A DNA stretch of 63,692 nucleotides, counting the filler, from a candidate division TA06 bacterium SM23_40 (GTDB lineage Bacteria; LJUI01; SM1-40): NCBI GenBank assembly GCA_001303705.1. It is 6 parts of 6 records of this genome, joined end to end, with 100 filler letters (N's around TTAATTAATTAA, not from the genome) between each part and the next. Parts side by side here need not be neighbours in the genome. Positions count along the whole stretch, not along the records: positions 38,334 to 51,806 come from LJUI01000064.1; positions 51,907 to 58,270 come from LJUI01000185.1; 4 more parts are not named here. One strand, given 5' to 3'. The notes under the pieces are model-generated. The model had not been told where the DNA came from. It saw only the letters and a program-made list of their open reading frames with translations, and did not search any database. Below are positions 45,966-56,066 of this stretch, one piece after another (the first letter of the stretch is position 1; each line of letters opens with the position of its first letter). The translations under genes were made by a program, and so were the position numbers.

Positions 45966-47039
45966 TCAAAAGCGCGTGCCCCCTGCCTGCAGCACCTCGT
46001 TGCCTGCGGGATCCTGGAGGAACGCAACCGCCCCCAACTTCGTCGCATCCCACTCACCATCCACACTGAATACCCGCACGATCTCTGACGTATCTCCCTT
46101 CTGAATGGTGATGGGCTCTCCCTCATCATCCGGTATCATGTCACGCACCACAAACCAGTGGAGCGAGTCGCCGATCGGGATCGTGTTTCGAACGCTATCC
46201 TCGAAGACAACGACGTGGAGCCGCAGGCTGTCGACCAGGATCGAGTCGGTGGCGATCAGTTGCACAGTGACAGTACCACTAGAGCCACCCACCGAACCGG
46301 AGACGTCGATACTGAGAGGTGTCGTCTCTGACAGCTCGACCAGGATGCTGTCCCGGTACGCGTTGTATGCTGCATCGGGAGAGACCGCTCCTATGAATCG
46401 TATCGTTCCATCGATCATCACGGTCGGCAACTGACCCGTGGCGCCGTACCACGCGGTTCTCGCCGTCGTCTCGGCGGTCGTCATCTGATCGCCCGTGTGG
46501 TACTGGAGAACGACCAGATCGTCTCTCGTGTACTCATGTACGAGAAGATCGATAGCAGCGTTCGAGTTCGGGCACGCCTGACAGAAGACACTGCCGAATT
46601 CCTCTAAGAGTACAGTCCGCGGTACCCGCAACGACGCCGATCCGTGAAAGACCAGGCTTGTATCGGACATCGCATCTCCATCGAGATCTTCGACGCCCTG
46701 GATCGAGATCAGGTAATCGATATGACTCTGCCCCTCAGTCGACAGCACCACACGGATATCATCATCGCCCAGGTCTGCTCCCAGGATGAGAAGCGGATCG
46801 GGCGTCCCGGCAACTACGATCGAGTAGTTCCCCACTTCCTCGGCCGATGTTTCATCAACCATTTCGGAGAATGTGATCCGCACGTGCTCGTCATCGGTTG
46901 ACACTACCGAGACGACTGTCAGATCCCCGACCCCGGGCTCTTCAGGAGTCCTCTTCTTATGGCATCCCATAGCGCTGATGAGTGCGAGAGCCAGCAAGAC
47001 ACTCAGCACGGCAAACGCATTGATTCGCCAGTGACTCAC
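45966..47039 (-). CDS. Lipoprotein with an Ig-like domain and an Omp28-like thioredoxin-fold domain (CxxC)
   Basis: Lipobox AMG-C; RTVLLEEFGSVFCQACP, LQYH, LPTVMIDG, HWFVVR and VAFLQD...EVLQA. Confidence 0.75.
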   Translation of the reverse strand: MSHWRINAFAVLSVLLALALISAMGCHKKRTPEEPGVGDLTVVSVVSTDDEHVRITFSEMVDETSAEEVGNYSIVVAGTPDPLLILGADLGDDDIRVVLSTEGQSHIDYLISIQGVEDLDGDAMSDTSLVFHGSASLRVPRTVLLEEFGSVFCQACPNSNAAIDLLVHEYTRDDLVVLQYHTGDQMTTAETTARTAWYGATGQLPTVMIDGTIRFIGAVSPDAAYNAYRDSILVELSETTPLSIDVSGSVGGSSGTVTVQLIATDSILVDSLRLHVVVFEDSVRNTIPIGDSLHWFVVRDMIPDDEGEPITIQKGDTSEIVRVFSVDGEWDATKLGAVAFLQDPAGNEVLQAGGTRF

Positions 47040-47113
47040 GATACCCTGACCTCTCTCTCGACGCCGAACGATCGCCCGGACACTATGTCACCGCCCGGAA
47101 CACTGAGTGACGA

Positions 47114-48940
47114 TCACTCAACTGTTACACTCTTCGCCAGATTGCGCGGCTTGTCAACATCGCAGCCCCTGGCTACCGCCATATAATAGGCAAGCAGCTG
47201 CAACGGTATAACCGTCAGCAAGGGCGTGAGGAAGTCGAGTGTCTCAGGCACCTTGATCACGTAATCCGCCCGGTTGCCGATCTCCCCGTCGCTCTCAGAC
47301 GCGAGGGCGATCACGATGCCCCGACGTGACTTGACCTCCTCGATGTTACTCATGATCTTTCCGTAGACACTATCCTTGATGGCGATGAAGACAACGGGCA
47401 TATTCTCATCAATGAGCGCAATGGGACCGTGCTTCATCTCAGCAGCAGGATAACCTTCAGCATGGATGTACGATATTTCCTTCATCTTGAGCGCACCCTC
47501 GAGAGCCACCGGGAAGTTATAGCCCCGGCCGAGGAAGAGGAAGTTCGACCGATCAGCAAATCGATGAGCGATCTCCTTGATCGAATCCCTGGTCTCGAGA
47601 ATCCGCTCGACCTGCTCAGGCAGCCTGTCAATTGCCTGGACGATCTGCTTGCCCCTGTCCGCGGAGAGCCCCCGCATCCGCCCGAGGAAGACCGCAATCA
47701 GCCCCAGCACAACGACCTGTGAGGTGAATGCCTTGGTGGATGCTACACCGATCTCCGGGCCCGCGTGGATATAGATCCCTCCGTCCGACTCACGCGCAAT
47801 GGTGCTCCCCACGACGTTGCAGATCCCGAGTACCGTCGCACCTTTGCGTTTCGCCTCCCGCATCGCGGCCAGAGTGTCGGCCGTCTCGCCTGATTGGCTG
47901 ATAGAGAAGAAAACTGTCTTTTCATCAATCACCGGACTCCGGTAGCGGAATTCCGAAGCATATTCCACCTCCACCGGGACTCGCGCCAGCTCTTCGATCA
48001 TATACTCGCCGATGAGACTCGCATGCCACGATGTCCCGCACCCGCTGAGGATGATCCGGTCCGCCCTGCGAAGGATATCACGGCATTGATTCAGGCTGGA
48101 GGAGCGCACCGTACCATCCGCGAAGTCGAGACGTCCTCTCACCGCATTGCGCAAGCTGACGGGCTGCTCGAATATCTCCTTGAGCATGAAGTGCGCAAAC
48201 CCGCCCTTCTCTATCATCTCGAGGTTCCAGGAGATCTCCTGTATCGATGGCTCGATCGTCTCGCGAGCCAGGGTAGTGATCACAAATCCTTCATCGGTAA
48301 TATGCACCAGCTCGCCGTCCTGTAAGTAGACCACCCGGTTCGTATGACGCAAAAGCGCCGCCACGTCCGAGGCGATGAGATACTCGCCATCACCATCGCC
48401 AACGACGAGCGGACTGCCATTTCGTGCGGCGACGATCTCCCGGGGACTGTCGAGCGCAAGGACGGCCAGCCCGTAAGTCCCCTCGACCTCCGATAATGCA
48501 ATGCGCGTCGCCTCGAGAAGATCCCCATCATAGTATTCTTCGATGAGGTGGGCGAGAATCTCGGTGTCAGTGTCGGTCCGGAAGGTATGGCCTTTTCCCT
48601 TCAGGTAGGCCTTGAGGGTCAGGTAGTTCTCGATGATTCCGTTGTGGATCACCGCGATCTTCCCGGCGCAGTCGAGGTGTGGGTGGGCATTCTCATCTGA
48701 CGGGACACCATGGGTCGCCCACCGGGTATGCGCAATGCCGATGGTCGTGTCGACTCTATTCCCTGCAAGAAGGGACTCGAGTTGAGACACTCTCCCCTTC
48801 TTCTTCTCGATCATCAAGCCGTCAGATGTGATGGCCGCTACCCCGGCCGAGTCATAGCCTCGGTATTCAAGACGTTTCAGTCCCTCGAGCAGGATCGGCA
48901 ACGCCTGTTCTTTCCCGATGTAGCCAACGATTCCACACAT
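47114..48940 (-). CDS. glmS: Glutamine--fructose-6-phosphate aminotransferase
   Basis: MCGIVG, LEYRGYDSAG, HTRWATHG, SQSGETADT and DKPRNLAKSVTVE. Confidence 0.98.
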   Translation of the reverse strand: MCGIVGYIGKEQALPILLEGLKRLEYRGYDSAGVAAITSDGLMIEKKKGRVSQLESLLAGNRVDTTIGIAHTRWATHGVPSDENAHPHLDCAGKIAVIHNGIIENYLTLKAYLKGKGHTFRTDTDTEILAHLIEEYYDGDLLEATRIALSEVEGTYGLAVLALDSPREIVAARNGSPLVVGDGDGEYLIASDVAALLRHTNRVVYLQDGELVHITDEGFVITTLARETIEPSIQEISWNLEMIEKGGFAHFMLKEIFEQPVSLRNAVRGRLDFADGTVRSSSLNQCRDILRRADRIILSGCGTSWHASLIGEYMIEELARVPVEVEYASEFRYRSPVIDEKTVFFSISQSGETADTLAAMREAKRKGATVLGICNVVGSTIARESDGGIYIHAGPEIGVASTKAFTSQVVVLGLIAVFLGRMRGLSADRGKQIVQAIDRLPEQVERILETRDSIKEIAHRFADRSNFLFLGRGYNFPVALEGALKMKEISYIHAEGYPAAEMKHGPIALIDENMPVVFIAIKDSVYGKIMSNIEEVKSRRGIVIALASESDGEIGNRADYVIKVPETLDFLTPLLTVIPLQLLAYYMAVARGCDVDKPRNLAKSVTVE

Positions 48941-48953
48941 GATCGTGGCCTTT

Positions 48954-50309
48954 CTACAGTCTTTCCTTTACGACTGAACACATCCTTGAGGCTTCCTCTT
49001 CTTCAGGAGCCTCAGCGATTATCCGGACGATCGGCTCGGTGCCCGAGACACGAATATGGACCCACCTATTCTCCCACATCACCTTGACGCCATCCGTCAG
49101 ATCGTAACTGCCATCGGGGAACGCGCTCCGCGCGATGTCGGTGAGCTCATCCTGTGTAGCCGACGTCGCTCGAGCCGATTCCTTCACTATGTGGTAGCGC
49201 GGCAGCCCGCCGGCCAGCTCGTCGACCGACACTCCCTGCCCTGCGAGGGAGGCGAGAACGAACGCCATGCCCACCATCCCGTCTCGTGCATAGTGGAGCT
49301 CGGGGAAGATCACCCCCCCATTCCCCTCGCCTCCGATCACGGCCTTACTATCCCGCATCGCCCTGACGACGTGGGCCTCCCCCACCTTGCTACGTATCAC
49401 CGGTTGCCCGAACCGCGCCGCGATATCGTCGATCGCACGCGAGGTGGAGACGTTAGCCACGACCGGGCCGGGCCGGATCGCGAGCACATAGGAGACGGCG
49501 AGCGCGAGCGATGCCTCTTCCCCCAGCGGTTTGCCGGAATTCGAGACGATCGAAAGCCGATCCCCGTCGGCATCGGTCGCGAACCCCACATCCGCCTGCA
49601 CCTTCCTGACCGCCTGAGAGAGCTCGGAGAGATTGCGGGGCACCGGCTCCGGGTCGCGCGGGAACAAACCACTGGGCTCGCAATTGAGTTCCACGACAGC
49701 GCACCCCAGCGATCTGAGCAGCTGAGGAAAGGCGATGCTGGCACCGCCGTTGCAGCAATCGATGGCGACTCCGTATTGCCTCTCGCGGATGCGATCGACG
49801 TCGATCACCGAGAGGCCGAGCACTCTCTCTATATGCCGATCGACTGCACTTCTGTCGGCGGTGATCGATCCGATATCGCCCCAGCCAACCCTTTGTGTCG
49901 TGCCGGCCCGGTACAGGTCGAGAAGACGTGCCCCCTCACCGGCACTGAGGAATGCCCCTCCCGCACCGACGAACTTCAAGGCGTTCCACTCGACAGGATT
50001 GTGGCTCGCCGTGATCGCGACCCCTCCCGATGTCTCCAGCTCCTCGACCGCAAGCTGAATCGTCGGCGTGGGCACGATCCCGACATCGGTCACGTCGCAT
50101 CCGGTCGAGACAAGTCCGGCAACGAGCGCATCTCGCATCATCTGCCCGGATCGACGGCTATCGCGCCCCACTACCACCCGCCCTCCGGCGAGGTATGTCC
50201 CGAATGCCGCCCCGAATCGGACGACGACCTCCGGGGTGAGCCCCTCTCCCACCACGCCCCGCACCCCTGAGACCCCGACAATCAATGATTCCACATCGGC
50301 CTCCAGCAC
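48954..50309 (-). CDS. glmM: Phosphoglucosamine mutase / alpha-D-phosphohexomutase
   Basis: VSGVRG, GRDSR, ITASHNP, DADGDR, GGEGNGG and RVSGTEP; directly upstream of glmS. Confidence 0.88.
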   Translation of the reverse strand: MLEADVESLIVGVSGVRGVVGEGLTPEVVVRFGAAFGTYLAGGRVVVGRDSRRSGQMMRDALVAGLVSTGCDVTDVGIVPTPTIQLAVEELETSGGVAITASHNPVEWNALKFVGAGGAFLSAGEGARLLDLYRAGTTQRVGWGDIGSITADRSAVDRHIERVLGLSVIDVDRIRERQYGVAIDCCNGGASIAFPQLLRSLGCAVVELNCEPSGLFPRDPEPVPRNLSELSQAVRKVQADVGFATDADGDRLSIVSNSGKPLGEEASLALAVSYVLAIRPGPVVANVSTSRAIDDIAARFGQPVIRSKVGEAHVVRAMRDSKAVIGGEGNGGVIFPELHYARDGMVGMAFVLASLAGQGVSVDELAGGLPRYHIVKESARATSATQDELTDIARSAFPDGSYDLTDGVKVMWENRWVHIRVSGTEPIVRIIAEAPEEEEASRMCSVVKERL

Positions 50310-50410
50310 CTATGATGCCGACCATCTGCATGGCCCCTCCGGTGCGGGAGTTACCGCCAGCACATGGCGTAACTACGCATGCCTGGCCGCACCGATCGGG
50401 CCGCGCCCAA

Positions 50411-50439
50411 ATAGTACATGCTCAATCACAGTTTGTCAA
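50411..50439 (-). promoter_or_regulatory. sigma70-type promoter for the glmM-glmS run
   Basis: TTGACA-17 nt-TACTAT with extended TG, on the minus strand. Confidence 0.7.
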
Positions 50440-50588
50440 CGGCCTCGGACGTCCGCGCAGGAGAAGGCGCCAGGGGGGATCCCCGGGGGGCTAGTCGGGA
50501 CCTCTCGGGAGGGACAGGGCGGCAGCGCGTGGCGAAGGAGAAATGAGAGAACCGGCTCTCGTGATCCCGGAGCGAAGCTTCCGGATTC

Positions 50589-50664
50589 TGGAGCCGATGA
50601 GCGGACTCGAACCGCTGACCTGACGATTACGAATCGTCTGCTCTACCAGCTGAGCTACATCGGC
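50589..50664 (-). tRNA. tRNA-Thr (CGT)
   Basis: GCCGATGTAGCTCAG...GACGA TTCGTAA TCGTC...GGTTCGAGTCC...ATCGGCTCCA. Confidence 0.96.
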
Positions 50665-50706
50665 CCCACAATGGTACACCCCCCACGTGCAGGGGAAAGA
50701 GTTCGC

Positions 50707-50782
50707 TGGTGCCGAGGCGCAGAATCGAACTGCGGACACCTGGATTTTCAGTCCAGTGCTCTACCTACTGAGCTACCTCGGC
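50707..50782 (-). tRNA. tRNA-Phe (GAA)
   Basis: GCCGAGGTAGCTCAG...CTGGA CTGAAAA TCCAG...GTTCGATT...CTCGGCACCA. Confidence 0.96.
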
Positions 50783-51176
50783 ACAGAGATCAGACGCCCT
50801 CGCCGCCTGCGCAGGGCAGGACGAGCGAGATGCGCGTACAAGATACAAAATCGCACCCCGAATGTCTAGACCTTTTTTCGGGCTCTACATGAGGGAATGA
50901 TGTTGCCGGATTGGTGGTGTGGGCGATGCCTTCTACACCCTGCACGAACGGACCTGCTGTCACCTCTTGACCCGAGCCCCACCGACAAACCTGCTCGATC
51001 GAGTGTCGGGGGAGCCAGGCGCCGCAGCGAGATTACCTCCCGGTTCACGCCCGGATCCGGCGGATCAACGTCGATCATCCCGGTTCTGGTCGATGCCTCA
51101 GGCAAAAGGTTCCCATACGAAGAGATCCGGACTCGGCCGATTGCCTCAATCAGTTGCCCCATTGGATCATACGATG

Positions 51177-51806
51177 TTACCGCAGCAACACCATCCGCCT
51201 CGTCTCTCTCGTCTCACCGGCCTCGAGACAACAGAAGTACACGCCGGAGCCGACCTCCCTCCCCCGGCCGTCGCGGCCATCCCACACCACCTGGTGCGGG
51301 CCGGGAGAGAGAGTCCCGGAGACGAGCTCCCGTACGAGCGCGCCCCGTATGTCATATACTGCAAGGGAGACCTGCCGATGGTCCGGGATCGCATAGCTGA
51401 TCGTCGTCGCCCTTCCAAACGGATTCGGGCGGTTCTGGCTCAGGTAGTGTAATCTCCGACCGGGTTCCACATCATCCCGCCCACCGACCTCCACCCACCC
51501 ATCTGCATTCGTCTTGATAAGATAGACATCATCGTTGCCTGCCCCGAACGACTCGGTGAAGCCTGTGACTATGTACCCCCCATCGGCCGTCGGCGCGACA
51601 GAATGGCCCGAGTCCCATTCCAAACCGCCGTAGGTCCGCGTCCAGACCGTGTCCCCCGCTGCGTCTGTCTTGATGAGATAGACGTCATAATACCCCGCGC
51701 CGAAGGAGGTGGTCATTCCCGCGATGATATACCCCCCGGCCCCCGCCGCGACCGAATAGCCCCAGTCCGAGCCCGGGCCGCCGTAAGTCCGCGTCCAGAC
51801 CGTGTC
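51177..51806 (-). CDS. Third WTRTYGG-repeat/FlgD-like CTD paralog, 3' part only
   Basis: DTVWTRTYGG repeats, QNRPNPF, WDGRD and RRMVLLR*; runs into the contig edge. Confidence 0.85.
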   Translation of the reverse strand, partial: DTVWTRTYGGPGSDWGYSVAAGAGGYIIAGMTTSFGAGYYDVYLIKTDAAGDTVWTRTYGGLEWDSGHSVAPTADGGYIVTGFTESFGAGNDDVYLIKTNADGWVEVGGRDDVEPGRRLHYLSQNRPNPFGRATTISYAIPDHRQVSLAVYDIRGALVRELVSGTLSPGPHQVVWDGRDGRGREVGSGVYFCCLEAGETRETRRMVLLR

Positions 51807-51906
51807 NNNNNNNNNNNNNNNNNNNNNNNNNNNNNNNNNNNNNNNNNNNNTTAATTAATTAANNNNNNNNNNNNNNNNNNNNNNNNNNNNNNNNNNNNNN
51901 NNNNNN
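51807..51906. other. Artificial contig linker
   Basis: N-run/TTAATTAATTAA/N-run. Confidence 0.99.
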
Positions 51907-52252
51907 AGTCGTGCAGAAAGCACCCTCTCGATTTCTTCCCTTCTCCGTCTCCCACGTCTGGGGCGAGAAATTCCCCGGCCGGACACTCACCGTGCCCTCG
52001 ATCCCCTTGAGAATGGGGCATATCTGTCAGGAGAACGGCGGAAGAGAGGGTCTCCGTATTCACTGATGTGTGTGAGCCGGCCAAGGTGCTCCGGTAGGCA
52101 CACGGACCTGCTGTTGAGGTGTCGAACGGCGTGTGGTCGCCCTGCGATGGCCCACATCAACATTGTGTCACTCCTGAGAGGGAATGATAACCTTTCGGCC
52201 TTCTCACGGACAGGTGTCACAGAGGGGAATGTTCGAAATGTGGCCTTACGAG

Positions 52253-52281
52253 TTGACAATTGGATGGGTGTGCCATATATT
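52253..52281 (+). promoter_or_regulatory. sigma70-type promoter
   Basis: TTGACA-17 nt-TATATT upstream of the ORF at 52384. Confidence 0.6.
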
Positions 52282-52383
52282 CGCTGGAGGTATGGGCGTA
52301 AGGAGGGAACTTCACTAACTGCTACGGTGTCTAAAGACTGTTATCCGTGGTGACTCGCAGCTCAGAACTGAGAAAGGAAGGCG

Positions 52384-55300
52384 ATGTCAGAACGTATCAG
52401 GAAAGATCGCGCCAGTCGAGCATACGCATCCATTGTCTCCCGGCTACACGCCCTTCGATCGTATCATCGCTTGATTGATGTGGGATATGGGTTGGCATGT
52501 GCAGTGGCAGCGGGTGTTGGATGGCTTGTGCTGACGCTTCTCATCGAATCTGTCTTCAGGTTACCCAGCTCAGGGCGCCTTATTCTTCTCCTTGTGGGCG
52601 CGGTGCTCATTGGGGGTCCGCTGGTGTGGTACACGGTCCGTCCCCTCCTGGGGGCGCCTGGTATCGAACGGCTGGCCCTGCGCTTGGAGGAGCGGTTTCC
52701 AGAGTTCCGGGACAGACTGATCGGAACGCTCCAATTATGGGGAAGGCATGACGCCAACCCGGAAGGCTACTCCCTGGCGATGATCGACGCAGCGGCCGTC
52801 GAATCAGAGGAGGTGGCCACACGTCTCAATTTCAGGGAGATCATCAACGTCAAACGATGCTGGAAGGCGGCCGAATCCGCTTCTGGTCTCATCGCTCTGT
52901 GTGTACTTCTGCTGCTTTTCTTCCCTGCACCATTCCAATCTTCGTTGACGAGAGTGACTCATCCCTTCACCGATTTCCCCAGGCCGCAGAGGACATTCAT
53001 TGTGGTTTCCCCCGGAGATACGGAGGCTGTGTCAGAAGAGGACGTGGTCATCTCCGTACGAGTGACGGGGGAGATCCCCGACGAGGTAGTGCTTCGTTCG
53101 GCCGACGTCGGGCACGAGAACTGGAAGACCTATCCTTTTGTGAGGGAGTCCGATCGAGAATACTCCTACGTTGTACAGAGGATAAAGCGATCTCTGCACT
53201 ACTCTGTCGAGGCTGGTGACGCTGAGAGCCCACTGCACACCATCACTGTTCTTGACAGGCCCATGGTGAGGCGGCTGAAGCTTCGGTACACATACCCAGC
53301 CTACACGCGGCTCGGTGCCAGGGAGGAGGAGGACAATATCGGTGACATCAGGGCCATGGTGGGGACGTCTGTTCAAATGGACATTGTGGCGAATAAGACC
53401 CTCGATTCTGCCCGAGTAGGGATGAGTGGTGGACAGCAGATCGAGGCTACGCTGAGGGGGAGGGAGGCACGGGCCGCCTTTGTGATCCGCCGCGGCGGGA
53501 AATATCACATTGAACTGAGGGATAAATCTGGCCTGAGGAACAAGGACCCCATCGAGTATCGTATCACTGCATCTTCCGACGAATATCCCGTGGTGCGCAT
53601 CATCCGCCCTGGCACGGACACAGAACTGGCCGAGGATATGCTCCTGCCCCTCGCCATCAATGCCACTGACGATTTCGGTTTCTCCCGCCTTCAATTGGCC
53701 TTCACGGTCGGGGAGGATGGGGCCCTTCAGGAGCGGACAATCCCGATGCCGAAGGGAGCTGGATCAGAAATGACCGTGGAGCATATGTGGGATCTTGCCG
53801 ATCTTGACCTCCTGCCCGAGGATGTTGTCTTCTACCGTGTGGCGGTCTACGATAATGACACCGTCTCAGGTCCAAAGCGATCGGAGAGCCGCACTTTCAT
53901 GGTCCGTTTCCCCTCCATTTATGAGATCTACGCCGAAGTGGAACGGAGTCAAGAGGAGCAGATGGTCGATCTTGAGGAGATGCTGAGGGAAAGCCGGGAT
54001 GTGAAAGAGAAGCTGGATCAGGTCGTACGGGAGCTGCAGCGCGAAACAGAGCTCGATTGGGAAAAACAGAAGGAGACGGATGGAGCCCTCCAGAGACAGC
54101 GGGAGATGGCTGAGGATTTGAAGAAACTTTCGGAAGAGATGGAACGATCTGCGGAGAAACTGGAAAGGCACAACCTCGTCACCCCAGAGACCCTGGAGAA
54201 GCTGGAGGAAATCCAACGACTCATGCAGGAGATCACCACTCCTGAACTGATGGAGGCTCTGGAAAAACTGCACCAGGCCCTGCAGCAGATCGACCGGCAA
54301 CAACTGCAACAGGCCATGAAGGATTTTTCCTTTAATCAGGAGGATTTCCAGAAGCGTTTGGAGCGCACCATTGAGCTCTTGAAGCGCATTCAAATGGAAC
54401 AGAAGATGGATGCCCTTGTGAAAAAGATGGATGAGCTCCTCGAAAGGCAGGAGGACCTTAATCGGAGCACCGAGAGCGCTGACGAACTGCAGGACATGAG
54501 CGATCTTGCCGCCCAGCAGGAGAAGATGAGGCGGGACCTGGACCGGCTCAAACAGACGATGCAGGCTCAGGCGACTCAGAAGAGAATCTCCGATCTGTTG
54601 AGGCAGATGAGTCAGGGACTCAGGATGGCCCAGAGCATGATGATGCAGAATATGTTTCAGCAGGTACTGGAAGCCATGCGAAAAGCGACGCACCAACTCC
54701 TCGACCTCTCCCAGCAGCAGGAGGGGCTGTCGTGTCAGACCGAAGGATTGAGAAGAAACAGCCCCCAGTGCGAGGCCATGGCAGAGAAGCAACTGGATGC
54801 CTTCAACAACGCGGCGAAGGTGGCCAATGCCCTTTTCGATGCTGCCAGACAGAGCCTCTTCATCACTCAGGAGATTTCTCGGTCGATGGGCAAGGCCATG
54901 GCTGAGATGGAAGACGCCATCAACAGTCTGGAAGGGAGAAACACGAGCTCGGCCGCAAAGGGCCAGCGTGAAGCCATGAGCGCCCTCAATGAGGCGGTGA
55001 TGCAGATGCGTCAGGCCATGCAGAACATGTGCTCCTCCGGCCAGTGCTCCGGCGGCATGCAGCAATTCCTCCAGAGGCTTCAGCAACTGGCCCAACAGCA
55101 GATGTGCCTCAATCAGGAGACAATGGGTCTTGACCAGATGGGACAGTGGTCTCTGGAGGACAGGGCGGCTCTTCAGCGGCTGGCTGCAGAACAAGAAATG
55201 CTCCGAAAGAGCATTGAAGAGCTGCAGCGGGAGATGGGCAATCGGCCCGAGATTCTCGGGCGCCTCGATCGCGTCATCGAGGATATGAAAAAGGTCTCCG

Positions 55301-55614
55301 AAGAGTTGAAGGGGCAACAGCTCAGCCAGGAAACCATCGCCCGCCAGAACAGAATTCTGTCCCGACTTCTGGACTATCAGCGGTCACTCCGGGAACGCGA
55401 CTACACGCGGCAACGTCGAGCGAAACCTGGGAAGGAGTACCTTCGGACCGGTCCGGCCCATCTGCCGGAGGACTTGGGCGAGAGACAGGACGAACTGCGG
55501 CAAGATCTGCTGGACGCCTTGAAGGAGGATTATCCGAAGGAGTATAAGGATCTCATCCGGGCGTATTTCGAGGCCCTGTCCAAGGAACAGGAAGGACCGG
55601 GGTCAGAGCTATAA
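52384..55614 (+). CDS. DUF4175-like membrane-anchored coiled-coil protein
   Basis: Three N-terminal TMs, an Ig-like region (YPAYT, DEYPVV, ATDDFG, VYDNDTVSGPK), a long Q/E/M-rich coiled coil and YPKEYKDLIRAYF. Confidence 0.75.
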   Translation: MSERIRKDRASRAYASIVSRLHALRSYHRLIDVGYGLACAVAAGVGWLVLTLLIESVFRLPSSGRLILLLVGAVLIGGPLVWYTVRPLLGAPGIERLALRLEERFPEFRDRLIGTLQLWGRHDANPEGYSLAMIDAAAVESEEVATRLNFREIINVKRCWKAAESASGLIALCVLLLLFFPAPFQSSLTRVTHPFTDFPRPQRTFIVVSPGDTEAVSEEDVVISVRVTGEIPDEVVLRSADVGHENWKTYPFVRESDREYSYVVQRIKRSLHYSVEAGDAESPLHTITVLDRPMVRRLKLRYTYPAYTRLGAREEEDNIGDIRAMVGTSVQMDIVANKTLDSARVGMSGGQQIEATLRGREARAAFVIRRGGKYHIELRDKSGLRNKDPIEYRITASSDEYPVVRIIRPGTDTELAEDMLLPLAINATDDFGFSRLQLAFTVGEDGALQERTIPMPKGAGSEMTVEHMWDLADLDLLPEDVVFYRVAVYDNDTVSGPKRSESRTFMVRFPSIYEIYAEVERSQEEQMVDLEEMLRESRDVKEKLDQVVRELQRETELDWEKQKETDGALQRQREMAEDLKKLSEEMERSAEKLERHNLVTPETLEKLEEIQRLMQEITTPELMEALEKLHQALQQIDRQQLQQAMKDFSFNQEDFQKRLERTIELLKRIQMEQKMDALVKKMDELLERQEDLNRSTESADELQDMSDLAAQQEKMRRDLDRLKQTMQAQATQKRISDLLRQMSQGLRMAQSMMMQNMFQQVLEAMRKATHQLLDLSQQQEGLSCQTEGLRRNSPQCEAMAEKQLDAFNNAAKVANALFDAARQSLFITQEISRSMGKAMAEMEDAINSLEGRNTSSAAKGQREAMSALNEAVMQMRQAMQNMCSSGQCSGGMQQFLQRLQQLAQQQMCLNQETMGLDQMGQWSLEDRAALQRLAAEQEMLRKSIEELQREMGNRPEILGRLDRVIEDMKKVSEELKGQQLSQETIARQNRILSRLLDYQRSLRERDYTRQRRAKPGKEYLRTGPAHLPEDLGERQDELRQDLLDALKEDYPKEYKDLIRAYFEALSKEQEGPGSEL

Positions 55615-56066
55615 GGCCCATCAGCTCTCCACGGCATGTGAGAGTGACAGCATAGCTTATACGACTACACGTGTCGGGAATTCCTGGGTCTCCGGCATGT
55701 CCATCAGGGAGCGTGTGGGAAGGCCTGCCTGCGTGGCAGCGATGTGCTCTTCCCCAACGGGTGACAGCCATGAACCGCATGGTTCGCAACGCCCAATCCC
55801 GAGGGCCATCGGGATTGGGAACGGTGCCCGCAGAGCGCGCTCCCTTCGAGAAAGCCCTTTGCCTGTGTGTGGGCATCTTTTTTGCGCGTGTGGAGATAGG
55901 CTGGCCCATGACTCAGGCTCGAGTACACAGTATGATCATCTCGACCGGCGCATCGAAAGGGTGGGCGCTTTCGAGCAGCCTTCATCCTGTCCTGACCGCC
56001 GTCGCCGTGCACGAAAGATGACAGTGCTGAAATGAGTCTCCGTTCGTTGAAAGGGGAGCACCTGTT

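Noticed and set aside
54540-54590. Possible in-frame deletion in the DUF4175-like coiled coil (KQTMQ-AQATQK)
   Set aside because: Only an impression from repeat rhythm; it cannot be supported without a homolog alignment.
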